From the human T2T-CHM13v2.0 reference genome, Homo sapiens: 64,000 nt of DNA. Both the position numbers and the translations under genes were made by a program. Shown one piece after another: positions 20,296 to 31,244 of the stretch. The notes under the pieces were generated by a model that worked only from the letters and a program-made list of their open reading frames with translations, made no database searches and was not told the origin of the DNA. Each line of letters opens with the position of its first letter. Position 1 is the stretch's first letter. The DNA is taken from the NCBI RefSeq assembly GCF_009914755.1, contig NC_060927.1; one strand, 5' to 3'.

Positions 20296-21321
20296 GTGAG
20301 TATGCCTAGTCCTTTCTTAATGAATGCTGTGCACCTTCTGGGTTTGTTTCCCATCTGGGAGAGGAAAATGATGAGCTAGAGTCATGAGTGGGTTGTATTG
20401 TATGACAGATGGTGCTAAATGCTGGAGGGCTCTGGCATGGAAGTGGGTGGAGGTCAGAATAGGCCTTATTGAAGAAGTGATATTTCAGCAAACTTTGAAG
20501 GAGGTGAGGATTAGCCAAGAGGCCAGCTAATGGAAGAGGATACAGGCAGGATAAAGGTGTCCAGTGGCATGGCAAGTCAGAGAGCATTGCAGGCTGGTGA
20601 GGGCTTTTAATCTGCGTGAAGTTAGGAGCATTAGGAGTTTTTCAGCAGAGAAGGGACATAGTACGACTTGGGTTTAACAGGCTGGTTCTGGCTGCAAGCT
20701 CTGAAGCCCCAGTGATTTTTACTATTCTGAAAAGAAACACTATGTCCAAGCATGCAAGCCCAAGAGTTAGGAACTACAGCATCTCTCTTGCTGACTGGGT
20801 CTCTGGTGTACATAGTCCCAGTCTTCAGAAACAGTCAGGGCCTCTTCTGAAAAACTTGAATGGCCAAGGACCTGTGTTCACCTACTTGCGTCTTCCTGGT
20901 ACAGGTCCAGTTGGCTCCAGGTCACTGTGGTCATGGAGAGTAAGTTCCTAACTCAAAGGCCTGAGCAGGGCTGCTCTTTGGCACCAGCCTGGAGTTGTTA
21001 GTATGTGGTGACTATGTCAGAGGCACTTGGAAGATGGGAACCATGTTTCTCCTATAAGGACAGTGTGGCCTCTGTCCCTATCCTTGTTCACGCTGCATAT
21101 CTGTAGTAGACATAATATGTAGCCAGCCTTCCTGGTGAAGAGGCTAGTTCCCTCTTGTGGGGGCAGTAGGCACTGACATGCCTGTAAATGTGTCTGGAAA
21201 TGTCTCTTCCTCTGAAACCAGTAGGGCTGGTTTGGCCGTTCAGGGAGTGACATACTCTGGGACTACTGGGGGACTGCAGGTGCTCCACCCAGTCAGTGAC
21301 TCTCCCTGCTCTCTCCTCCAG

Positions 21322-21506
21322 ACAAGCAGATCGACCTGAGCACAGTGGACCTGAAGAAGCTCCGAGTTAAAGAGCTGAAGAAGATTCTGGATGACTGGGG
21401 GGAGACATGCAAAGGCTGTGCAGAAAAGTCTGACTACATCCGGAAGATAAATGAACTGATGCCTAAATATGCCCCCAAGGCAGCCAGTGCACGGACCGAT
21501 TTGTAG
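21322..21506 (+). CDS. MANF: MANF exon 4 (SAP-like domain, CKGC motif, C-terminal RTDL*)
   Basis: ctccag|AC; TAG at 21504-21506. Total CDS is 549 nt = 182 aa plus stop. Confidence 0.97.
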
Positions 21507-21734
21507 TCTGCTCAATCTCTGTTGCACCTGAGGGGGAAAAAACAGTTCAACTGCTTACTCCCAAAACAGCCTTTTTGTAATTTATTTTTTAAGTGGGCTC
21601 CTGACAATACTGTATCAGATGTGAAGCCTGGAGCTTTCCTGATGATGCTGGCCCTACAGTACCCCCATGAGGGGATTCCCTTCCTTCTGTTGCTGGTGTA
21701 CTCTAGGACTTCAAAGTGTGTCTGGGATTTTTTT

Positions 21735-21740
21735 ATTAAA
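21735..21740 (+). terminator. MANF: Poly(A) signal ATTAAA (MANF)
   Basis: Variant hexamer ~230 nt after the stop. Confidence 0.55.
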
Positions 21741-21942
21741 GAAAAAAAATTTCTAGCTGTCCTTGCAGAATTATAGTGAATACCAAAATGGGGTTTTGCC
21801 CCAGGAGGCTCCTACCAGTTTCTGCTTTCCAGTTGCAGAGTTTGGGGGGTTATTCATTCCCATTTATCTCTCAACCCACCAGTGCTGAAAATACCAGAGC
21901 AGGACATAGGGGCTGGGGCCAGCTGATGTGTGTGGGTGTGTA

Positions 21943-21957
21943 CCACTAGAGGGCAGC
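21943..21957 (+). promoter_or_regulatory. CTCF consensus site between MANF and RBM15B
   Basis: CCACTAGAGGGCAGC matches the CTCF core motif. Confidence 0.7.
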
Positions 21958-23339
21958 AGGCACTCAGCAGAAAGGAGGTGGCGGGGGCGGGGGGTGCTGC
22001 GCTTGATACCCTGCCCCTTGATACAGTATCTGTCTTACCCGCCCAAGAGAGCTGGAGGCCACAGCTCTAGGAGGAGTGAGTCTGGGATACATTGGAGGGC
22101 CTTATATTGTGGCTCAGTACAAGCAAGACAGGGTGTCTGGAGTGTGGTTTTTCCACAAGGATATCTTCAATCAGTGCACGTCAGCACTGACATCTCTATA
22201 AAGATGCTGTTGGCCTGGCCACCTACTTGCTCTTTTGTCCATTCCAAGCCTCTGATGTCTGTTCCAGTTTTTGCAAGTCTGGCAGGAGTCAGCTTATACA
22301 AAGAGGGAGTGGGAAGCTGCCTTTTGCCTTTGTTTACCCTAGATTAGTCTAACAGTTGAGGTCCAGGGTTTTGCTGGAGTCTGCTTCTTAAGCCACTCTC
22401 TGTGGCACTGGTGCTTAGGAAACCCAGTTGTTAGTGTGAGCTGTGGCTCAATGAAGACACCTGTAGAAACCACCTGAAAGGACGGACTAAGAACCAGTGC
22501 TTTCCAAGTAATTGGTCTTGCCTCAGATCACTTCACTTGTGTCTCCTAAGCTCAGTTTGCCTGTAGGAGGCCTTGCTGCTGTGGAACCCATTGCTTTCTT
22601 CCAAGACCTTTCCCCCTGCACCTGCCTGAGCTACTCCAGGAGCTGCTTTCTCTTTGTGCGAAGAGGGCATGACTTGGTCTGCTCTTCCCCATCGCAAGGA
22701 TTCTGTGCCAGAAATTGGGTCAGGTTCTACCATGGCTCCAGCAACTGTCCTTGGAGAATGAAAGCTTCCTCAATGGGCTTGAGCACCTGGGCACCCTTTC
22801 CCTCACCTCACCTGGGGAGAAGAGGTCGTCCTGAAGGTGATGAACAGGAGGGTACTGGCCAGCGAGGGGTCAGCGTGGCAAGGTGTGATAACTGCTGGCA
22901 CTATCTGTGCATATGGCCTCTTCATCCTTGGCTCTTACGGCCCTACCTTTCCAGCCTGCTATCTGCCCACAGAAGAGGGTGGGACCCAAGAGTGGCGTTA
23001 AAGAGTCTATTCCAACTCCATCAACTGCAACTGCAGGCTTGTCTCTGCTTTCGGTTATTACCTGCGTGACAGCAATTGTCCTCACGGCCTTTTCGGGGAC
23101 TGCTGCAGGTGAACCTGCACGTGGAGAATGCGCAGAATGTGGGCCTTGGGTCCTGGGCAGGGTCTAAGGATAGGCATGCATTAGTCCTTGGCGCCGTCAA
23201 CGCCGGATCCCAGGCAGGAGATGCCAACGAGGGTGATGTGGGGTTTGCTCAAGCCTAGTCCTAGGACTGAGGGGATACTACATAAAGAGACCACTGACTG
23301 GGTCAATGCCCCAGATCCCAACGGCCATGGAAGCTGCCA

Positions 23340-24830
23340 CTCCTGCTCCAATCAGCGCGGGCTCCAGTGCCTGCAAGAGGAGATAGCTGGACCCAGAGCG
23401 GCAAAGCACGGCTGGGAGCACAAAGCGTTAGGTCGTCTCGCCGGCCTCTCAGGGTTCACTACACTCCGCGTAGCCTCAAGCATCGGCCATGCGGGCCGCG
23501 CGGTGGCGCCAGAGCGCGCGGCCGGTCCCACTCACCCAGCACTCACAGGGTCACCTGGCACTGGGCGACGCAGCGCGATGAGGCAGGCCCGGCGCGGGTC
23601 TTGCTCCGCCCGCCGCAGAGTCACGTGGCAGGACGGCGCACCTTGATAACGCAATGCCCGGCCCCTCGGCGCCGCTCCCGCCCCGCCCCGCCGCCACCGC
23701 CGCGCCGAGTCCTTTTGTCCAAGATGGCGGCGCCGGGGGCGCTGCCTCCTCGGCCGCCGCCTCCGCCGCCGCCGCTGTGAGAAACCTACGGGCCGCCCGC
23801 CCGCCGCGCCAGCGCCATGAAGCGGCAGAGCGAGCGAGACTCTAGCCCGAGCGGGCGCGGCTCGTCATCGTCCGCCAAGCGTCCGCGGGAGCGCGAACGG
23901 GAGGCGGAGGCGGGCGGGCGGCGGGCGGCGCACAAGGCCTCTGGCGGCGCCAAGCACCCGGTTCCAGCGCGGGCCCGCGACAAACCCCGCGGCAGCGGAA
24001 GCGGCGGGGGCGGGCATCGCGACGGCCGCGGCACCGGGGACGCGAATCACCGCGCGAGTAGCGGGCGCTCCTCGGGCTCCGGCGCTGGCGGCGGGGGACG
24101 CGGCGGCAAGGCCTCGGGGGACCCGGGCGCCTCCGGCATGTCGCCCCGCGCGTCTCCTCTGCCGCCGCCTCCGCCACCGCCTGGGGCCGAGCCCGCGTGT
24201 CCCGGCTCATCCGCGGCCGCGCCTGAGTACAAGACGTTGCTCATCAGCAGCTTGAGCCCCGCGCTGCCCGCCGAGCACCTCGAGGACCGGCTCTTCCACC
24301 AGTTCAAGCGCTTCGGCGAGATCAGCCTCCGCCTGTCGCACACGCCTGAGCTGGGCCGTGTGGCCTACGTGAATTTCCGGCACCCACAGGACGCACGCGA
24401 GGCCCGCCAGCACGCCCTGGCCCGGCAGCTGCTGCTCTACGACCGCCCGCTCAAGGTAGAGCCCGTGTACCTGCGTGGCGGCGGCGGGAGCAGTCGGCGA
24501 AGTAGCAGCAGCAGCGCCGCCGCTTCCACGCCTCCCCCAGGGCCGCCCGCGCCCGCCGACCCGCTCGGCTACCTCCCGCTACACGGAGGCTACCAGTACA
24601 AGCAGCGCTCGCTGTCCCCCGTCGCTGCCCCGCCCCTGCGGGAGCCCCGTGCCCGTCACGCCGCCGCAGCCTTCGCCCTGGATGCCGCTGCTGCCGCCGC
24701 CGTGGGACTGTCCCGGGAGCGGGCCCTGGACTACTACGGGCTGTACGACGACCGTGGGCGCCCCTATGGCTACCCAGCTGTGTGTGAGGAGGACCTGATG
24801 CCCGAGGATGACCAGCGGGCCACGCGCAAC
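23340..24830. promoter_or_regulatory. RBM15B: CpG island and RBM15B promoter
   Basis: Very CpG-rich. E-box GTCACGTGG at 23620-23628, GC boxes near 23680, YY1 motif CAAGATGGCGGC at 23720-23731. Confidence 0.9.
23724..23780 (+). CDS. Candidate uORF in the RBM15B 5' leader ([18 protein letters not shown])
   Basis: AAGATGG strong Kozak; stop ends 36 nt before the main ATG. Confidence 0.45.
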   Translation: MAAPGALPPRPPPPPPPL

Positions 24831-26489
24831 CTCTTCATTGGTAACCTGGACCACAGCGTATCTGAGGTGGAGCTGCGAAGGGCCTTCGAGAAATATGGCA
24901 TCATCGAGGAGGTGGTCATCAAGAGGCCTGCCCGTGGCCAGGGCGGTGCCTATGCCTTCCTCAAGTTCCAGAACCTGGACATGGCCCATAGGGCTAAGGT
25001 GGCCATGTCGGGCCGAGTGATTGGTCGCAACCCCATTAAGATAGGCTATGGCAAGGCCAACCCCACCACTCGTCTCTGGGTGGGTGGCCTGGGACCTAAC
25101 ACGTCACTGGCGGCTCTGGCCCGAGAGTTTGACCGCTTTGGGAGCATTCGGACCATTGATCACGTCAAAGGAGATAGCTTTGCCTATATTCAGTACGAGA
25201 GCTTGGACGCAGCCCAGGCCGCCTGTGCTAAAATGAGGGGTTTTCCCTTGGGTGGACCAGACCGCAGGCTCCGCGTGGATTTTGCCAAAGCAGAGGAGAC
25301 TCGGTACCCCCAGCAGTACCAGCCCTCGCCACTCCCTGTGCATTATGAGCTGCTCACAGATGGATACACCCGGCACCGCAACCTGGACGCCGACCTGGTG
25401 CGGGACAGGACGCCCCCACACCTTCTGTACTCAGACCGAGACCGGACTTTTTTGGAAGGGGACTGGACCAGCCCCAGTAAAAGCTCTGACCGCCGAAACA
25501 GCCTTGAGGGCTACAGTCGCTCAGTGCGCAGCCGGAGTGGTGAGCGTTGGGGGGCAGATGGAGACCGTGGTTTGCCCAAGCCCTGGGAAGAGAGGCGGAA
25601 ACGGAGAAGCCTTTCCAGTGACCGTGGGAGGACAACCCATTCACCATATGAGGAACGGAGTAGGACCAAGGGCAGTGGGCAGCAGTCAGAGCGGGGCTCC
25701 GACCGCACCCCTGAGCGCAGCCGCAAGGAGAACCACTCCAGTGAAGGGACCAAGGAGTCCAGCAGCAACTCCCTCAGCAACAGCAGACATGGGGCTGAGG
25801 AACGGGGCCACCACCACCACCACCACGAGGCTGCAGACTCTTCCCACGGGAAGAAGGCAAGAGACAGCGAGCGCAATCACCGGACCACAGAGGCCGAGCC
25901 CAAGCCTCTGGAAGAGCCAAAACACGAGACCAAAAAGCTGAAGAATCTTTCAGAGTACGCTCAGACACTACAGCTGGGTTGGAATGGGCTTCTGGTGTTG
26001 AAAAACAGCTGCTTCCCCACGTCTATGCATATCCTAGAGGGGGACCAGGGGGTGATCAGCAGTCTCCTCAAAGACCACACTTCTGGGAGCAAGCTGACCC
26101 AGCTGAAGATCGCCCAGCGCCTTCGACTGGACCAGCCCAAGCTTGACGAGGTCACACGACGCATCAAGCAGGGGAGCCCCAACGGCTATGCGGTCCTCTT
26201 AGCCACCCAGGCAACCCCCAGTGGGCTTGGCACTGAGGGGATGCCCACAGTAGAGCCCGGTCTGCAGAGGCGGCTTCTCAGGAACCTGGTCTCCTACTTG
26301 AAACAGAAGCAGGCCGCAGGGGTGATCAGCTTGCCAGTGGGGGGGTCCAAGGGCAGAGACGGCACAGGCATGCTCTACGCCTTCCCACCCTGCGACTTTT
26401 CCCAGCAGTACCTCCAGTCAGCACTAAGGACATTGGGCAAGCTAGAAGAAGAACACATGGTGATAGTCATCGTCAGAGACACTGCCTAG
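23817..26489 (+). CDS. RBM15B: RNA-binding protein 15B (SPEN family; three RRMs plus C-terminal SPOC domain), intronless
   Basis: 890-aa ORF with gccATG start; RRM motifs (NLFIGNL, AYAFLKF, LWVGGL); His6 tract; SPOC (NLVSYLKQKQAAGVISL). Confidence 0.98.
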   Translation: MKRQSERDSSPSGRGSSSSAKRPREREREAEAGGRRAAHKASGGAKHPVPARARDKPRGSGSGGGGHRDGRGTGDANHRASSGRSSGSGAGGGGRGGKASGDPGASGMSPRASPLPPPPPPPGAEPACPGSSAAAPEYKTLLISSLSPALPAEHLEDRLFHQFKRFGEISLRLSHTPELGRVAYVNFRHPQDAREARQHALARQLLLYDRPLKVEPVYLRGGGGSSRRSSSSSAAASTPPPGPPAPADPLGYLPLHGGYQYKQRSLSPVAAPPLREPRARHAAAAFALDAAAAAAVGLSRERALDYYGLYDDRGRPYGYPAVCEEDLMPEDDQRATRNLFIGNLDHSVSEVELRRAFEKYGIIEEVVIKRPARGQGGAYAFLKFQNLDMAHRAKVAMSGRVIGRNPIKIGYGKANPTTRLWVGGLGPNTSLAALAREFDRFGSIRTIDHVKGDSFAYIQYESLDAAQAACAKMRGFPLGGPDRRLRVDFAKAEETRYPQQYQPSPLPVHYELLTDGYTRHRNLDADLVRDRTPPHLLYSDRDRTFLEGDWTSPSKSSDRRNSLEGYSRSVRSRSGERWGADGDRGLPKPWEERRKRRSLSSDRGRTTHSPYEERSRTKGSGQQSERGSDRTPERSRKENHSSEGTKESSSNSLSNSRHGAEERGHHHHHHEAADSSHGKKARDSERNHRTTEAEPKPLEEPKHETKKLKNLSEYAQTLQLGWNGLLVLKNSCFPTSMHILEGDQGVISSLLKDHTSGSKLTQLKIAQRLRLDQPKLDEVTRRIKQGSPNGYAVLLATQATPSGLGTEGMPTVEPGLQRRLLRNLVSYLKQKQAAGVISLPVGGSKGRDGTGMLYAFPPCDFSQQYLQSALRTLGKLEEEHMVIVIVRDTA

Positions 26490-28298
26490 CCCAAGCCTGT
26501 CTTTCCCAGCGTCATGTTTGTGTCACAAAAGCAGTTATTTTAAAATCTGATCCCCTCTCTACCCTACCACTTTGGTTTGAATTATCTCCTGGGTTATTTT
26601 GGTTCATTTGGGTGGGGATCAAAGTCCTGTCCACCACCAAAACTAAGTTCTTAGATTTTGGGGGATTTTTTTTTTTAAACGATGAGAAGGGAATCCGGTT
26701 ATGTTGATTTCTAGTGTACAAGATACTGTCTGCTGTGGTTCTGTATTTTTTTATTTTTTGACCAACTGTATGGAAAGTTGTCAGTAAAACCTTTGACAGA
26801 GGATGGATTTTTAAACCTGTTCAGAGTCCTGGTTTAATCAATCAAGCTAAAAGAATCGAAGACATCCCTAGTGCATGTACACGAATGCCCTACGTCATCC
26901 TTCCAGCACCACTGCTGCATGGGTCACTCTCGGCCTCTCAATTCTTCAGGCTCAGTCTGGACTCTACTTACACTCATTTTTATCTTGGCTGACAGCAGGC
27001 AAGCTTCAGTTTGGGCTGTGGACGCTGCCACACAAGCCTGAGTAGAGCCCATGCAAAGGAAGGGATGGGGTGAGCGCAAGGCCTGTGGTCAGCAGCTACT
27101 GATGGTTTTTTCTGCCTTAAACCGTGTGTGTGTCCATCATCATCAGTTTGAGCTGTGGCTGTTTGTTTGGGACAGAGTGCCCACTCAGCATGTTTGGCAG
27201 CAGGTAGCCTTCAGCAGCTGTGTAGTCTTGTACAAGGAGAAGCTGTGCACTGTTGATGCCAGGGGGTCTCGGGGCCCCTGATCTGTCCAGGCTCCTGGTT
27301 CGGCCTACTTTCTAGCCTCACTCAGCCCAGGGATAGCCAGTGTTGGGAGACAGAGTTGCCTCAGGTTCCCAGGGGCCCGGGAGTCCAAATACTGGAATGG
27401 AGGGTTGGAGGCAGCCTTCCTTGGATTTACTCATGAACTTTGCCTAGTTGTTTGTGATTTTTGGCTTTCTCTGGTCGTTCAGGGGTGATGGGTAATAGAG
27501 CAGGCCCGTGTCCAGTCATACCTAGAGATTTGTGGGGGGATACTGAACCTCTAGACTGAAGTACTTACCGGGGAGCACAGTGGACTAGGGGATGCCCTTG
27601 ATAATGACGGTTTCCTAGGTGCAAGATCAGAGCATGTGCCTACACCTTGTGCCCTGATGCCGAGGTGGAGACCATTGGGAAATAATTAATAGATATTTTT
27701 CTGGGGGGAAATCACAAGTCACTGAGGTGTTTGTTTGTTTGTTAGGCAGTGCTAGAGCTTGAAGCCACTCAAGCCAGTTGGGGAGGAAAGGGATGCGGAG
27801 GTACCCTCTAGCTGGGAAGAAGGGTGAGATTCCGTCTTCTTCCCTGTCTCAAGTAAGTAAGGAAGGTACTGCGGACAGTGTGGGCCAGGGAGGAAAACCA
27901 GAGCACACAGTTTTGTCACCATGGAACACCCCAAATGCCATTCTTCAGCGTGTCTGGTACCTTGGATGTTCAAACAGGGAACACTGTCAGGGCTGAGGAG
28001 AACAGAAGCTCTGGTAAGCGAATGAGCCCCTAGATGATAACCAGGAACTCCAGGTTCTGCTGGCCGTGGCATCCTCTCTCCAGGTCTGCTCCCTTACCGG
28101 AGCTAGGATAAGGTAGCATGAGTGACACCTGAGATTAGAGGCTGGGGCTCACTGCAGGCTGTGGAGAGGTCATGCTGGTCCACAGGAACACTTGGCAGTG
28201 CTCTCGTAGACCCCTCGGTGATGTGGAATGGACAGGTGCCTCGCAAGAGAGCAAGCACGTTCATAACAAAACAGCAACACAAAGACATGTTAAGCATG

Positions 28299-28308
28299 TT
28301 TATTTATT
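28299..28308 (-). terminator. DCAF1: Overlapping AATAAA signals (DCAF1 distal poly(A))
   Basis: TTTATTTATT on +; a GU/U-rich element follows on the minus strand. Confidence 0.7.
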
Positions 28309-30297
28309 TGCCTGTTTTTGTTTTTTTACTTGAGCTGTGGTCACAGCTGCCAGGTACCTAAGCAAGTCAGTTGGGTACAGCAGGACACGCCACCATTCCA
28401 GGGTAGCTGGTACCGCCAGAAACAGGAGTGGGTCTTGTCCTGTTGCAGGCACACTGCAGTGGTTTTCCTGCAGCTCTCCAACAAACGCCTGAGTCACAGG
28501 CCAGAGCTGCCTTGGTATGTTGTTAAGTCCAAAACTTCTTCTCTGGGCTACCTATCTTCCTTCATGAAGCAGGTGCTCAGGACCCGGAAGAATCATCTAC
28601 CTCCCAGCTTTGTGAGACAGAACCAAGTAAAAGGAAACATGCTAGAAAACGTGCCTAGAGAAGACACTTCAACCTTTGCCTTATCCAACCCCTCTTCAGA
28701 GAAAGGTGTCCCATGGCCCCAAAAAGAACTGCCAAGTTTTGGTGAGGAGTAACACCCTGGCATGACATTCCTTCTCTTTCCTGGCCCTCAACCACTTCCT
28801 TCCTTTGGCTCTTAAGACCTAGCAGGTTCTGTGAACTCTCAGGCCTTGGCCAGCACTAGTTAGGGGAGGTCAGGTGGTCAATGTCCTGGTGATTTTATGA
28901 GACTGCCCCACTGAGAAAACTTACTTACTTCAGGCATCCAGTGCCCCCACCCAGGGTTCAGGCCCTGTCTAAGGTGTTGCTTAAAGACAAAAAGGCAACA
29001 TGTGCCTCACTGGTGGTGTGCCACTGTTCTCATGCTGCCTCCTAAGTGACTCCGATTTTCAGCCCTGGTAGAATAAGGAAGACAGCTGATGCCTCCTTAG
29101 CCCCTTAGCACATGTTCCTAAGGTGTGTTGTCAAGCCAACCTGAATTCTGCCTCCCTGTTATAGTCCCTGTCTCCCCCACAGAGACCTGTGGGTGCTCCC
29201 AGCAGAGTTGAGACTGGCTCCGTTGAGTTAATGACTAGAATATAGTGCTTTCACTACTTGATTGTTAACCTGTTTTCTTCTGATGCCATCAGTACCAGCA
29301 GTCAGACTATTCCACTGGTTAAGTGTTTACTACCATTAAAGCGAGGCATGAAGCAAAGAGCTGAGTGAGTCCTCTGCTCTCCAGAGGACCAAGAAATACC
29401 TGTGTGACACAGACCCACTTCAGTGTGTACAGCAAATTCTATAGTGCTTCTGAGCCCAGCAGGGCTTTACCTGCCCCTGGAGAGTTTTAGCCGTCTTGTG
29501 TTTCTTGTTTACTTCACAACCAAATTTGTCCCCTCTTCTCTCTGTTAAGGGAGAGAAGTCACTTTAGCTGGATAATACCTATGTAACAAACTGAGCAGCT
29601 GTTATTTGGGCAAAATCAAAGGAAGAAAGAGACTATGGTCTTCTATTTATTGTGGGAAGGAAAACAGGGTGGGGCGGGTGAGTGAAAAGGTGGAAATCCC
29701 TGGTACCTTGCCTGGTGGTTACACAGTTTAACCATAGGCCAATTTTAGGGGCCTCTGAAGTATCTTTCTACAAACGCAGACAAGCTCCACTACCCCTAAC
29801 CTGCCAGGATGCTCAAGTCCACTGTCACAATCCCTTTCAGAAAACATTAGTGGCCGCTGCCCCAGCTACAGAGACGGCCGAAATGCTTTCACTCCTTAGC
29901 TTTGCCAACTCCATCCTCCAAAACTTCCCAGAATACCTCCCTTTCCAGTTCTACCAAATCTGTACTTGGGAGCAGCCTGCTGGATCCAGAACATGACAAC
30001 AGAGAGCTGCGTCCACAGGGAACAAAGCCCTGACCTCTCTCTCCACATTACCCTTACAAAAACAGGCCCTCCCCATGAGAGAGCTACACGGCAGGGGCAG
30101 ACACTGTGAGTATAAGCTACTTTCCTCCCTGGAGTGCTCTATGTGGGCAGAACATGCTCTCCTTGCCTCTCCTGGAAGGTGTCTTCTCTATGGCCTGGCT
30201 AGAGCTGCAAAAAAGGGACACACCCCACTTCGGTAAAAGAAAATAGGGAAAGGCCATAAACAAAGACAGACTTGTAGTTTATTTTGTATTTTTTTTA

Positions 30298-30303
30298 AAT
30301 AAA
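30298..30303 (+). terminator. RBM15B: AATAAA (RBM15B distal poly(A))
   Basis: Canonical hexamer with upstream TGTA and U-rich elements. Confidence 0.7.
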
Positions 30304-31185
30304 TACACTTTACATTAAAGAAAAAGGCCTTTGATTTGTAATTTCCACAATGGGGAGAAAGGGAAGAAAAAAAGATTTTTGAAAAACTGAATCACAAAGA
30401 AAAATAGAGGGAGTGAACTTATATCCTAAGTTCCCTCAACTCCACAAAACCAATATCCACAATGACCATGCTGCCCCCAAACCATGAAGGTGAGTGAATT
30501 TAGGCATTTACCCAGCAGACAGAGTGCCTTCCTCCCCACCTCTGGCACGAAGGAAAACAAATTAACCTGACAGCATATGAGGCAACAAAACAGGTTAAAA
30601 AATCATATATTATATTTATAATAAAATATTCTTAATCCTTATCAATTTAAGAAACCACGATTTTCCTTTTCATTTAAATACGTATGTAAAAATGCCTCTA
30701 TATTGTTCTTTAGACATCATTTTCTTCCAAAGAAAATGAAGTGCAGGGACAAGAGACCTGGTGGATATAAGTTCATACCCTCAGTTATAAATGCCTGTTT
30801 TTTTTTCCTTTTTAAAGTTTTATAAAAAACTATTTCTTGTTCTTTAAGTAAAGAACACTATACAAAGAAAATATATTGTGAAATACCCCAGAGACATGGT
30901 TTTTTTTTCCCCTTGAAAGATATGTCCATCCTAGGAAATGGTGGGGGGTGGATGTGGGGGGTGCAGAGTAGGGCCTAGTCCCTGTTGTCATTTTTGTGGT
31001 GGTTATTGATTCTGGAAGGACCCTCGGGTGCCAATGAGGCTCTCTAAGCCATAATCTTCTGAATGCAGGGCATGCAGCTCCTTAAAAGACAGACAGCCCT
31101 GGGAGAAAGAGAAGGGAATATGTTCTGAATTCATTTGACTCAGTTTCTCGCCTGCCAAGAATCTCTTCCAAGCAGTGATGGCTCC

Positions 31186-31244
31186 TCACTCATTCAGAGA
31201 TAAGATGATGTCATCTTCCAAATCAGAGTTGTCAGAGCTGTCAG
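31186..31244 (-). CDS. DCAF1: DCAF1 last coding exon (TDSSDNSDLEDDIILSLNE*)
   Basis: ccctttcag|CT; TGA at 31188-31186. Confidence 0.95.

Larger units (their letters stand above)
26490..30325 (+). other. RBM15B: RBM15B long 3'UTR (distal isoform)
   Basis: No obvious repeats; AATAAA at 30298-30303 and ATTAAA at 30314-30319. The end is approximate. Confidence 0.7.
28284..31185 (-). other. DCAF1: DCAF1 3'UTR (distal isoform)
   Basis: Follows the stop at 31186. Minus-strand AATAAA twice at 28299-28308, plus a proximal AATAAA at 30278-30283. Confidence 0.7.

Noticed and set aside
25252-25941. 229-aa alternative-frame ORF inside RBM15B
   Set aside because: Non-ATG start and explained by codon bias of the main frame.
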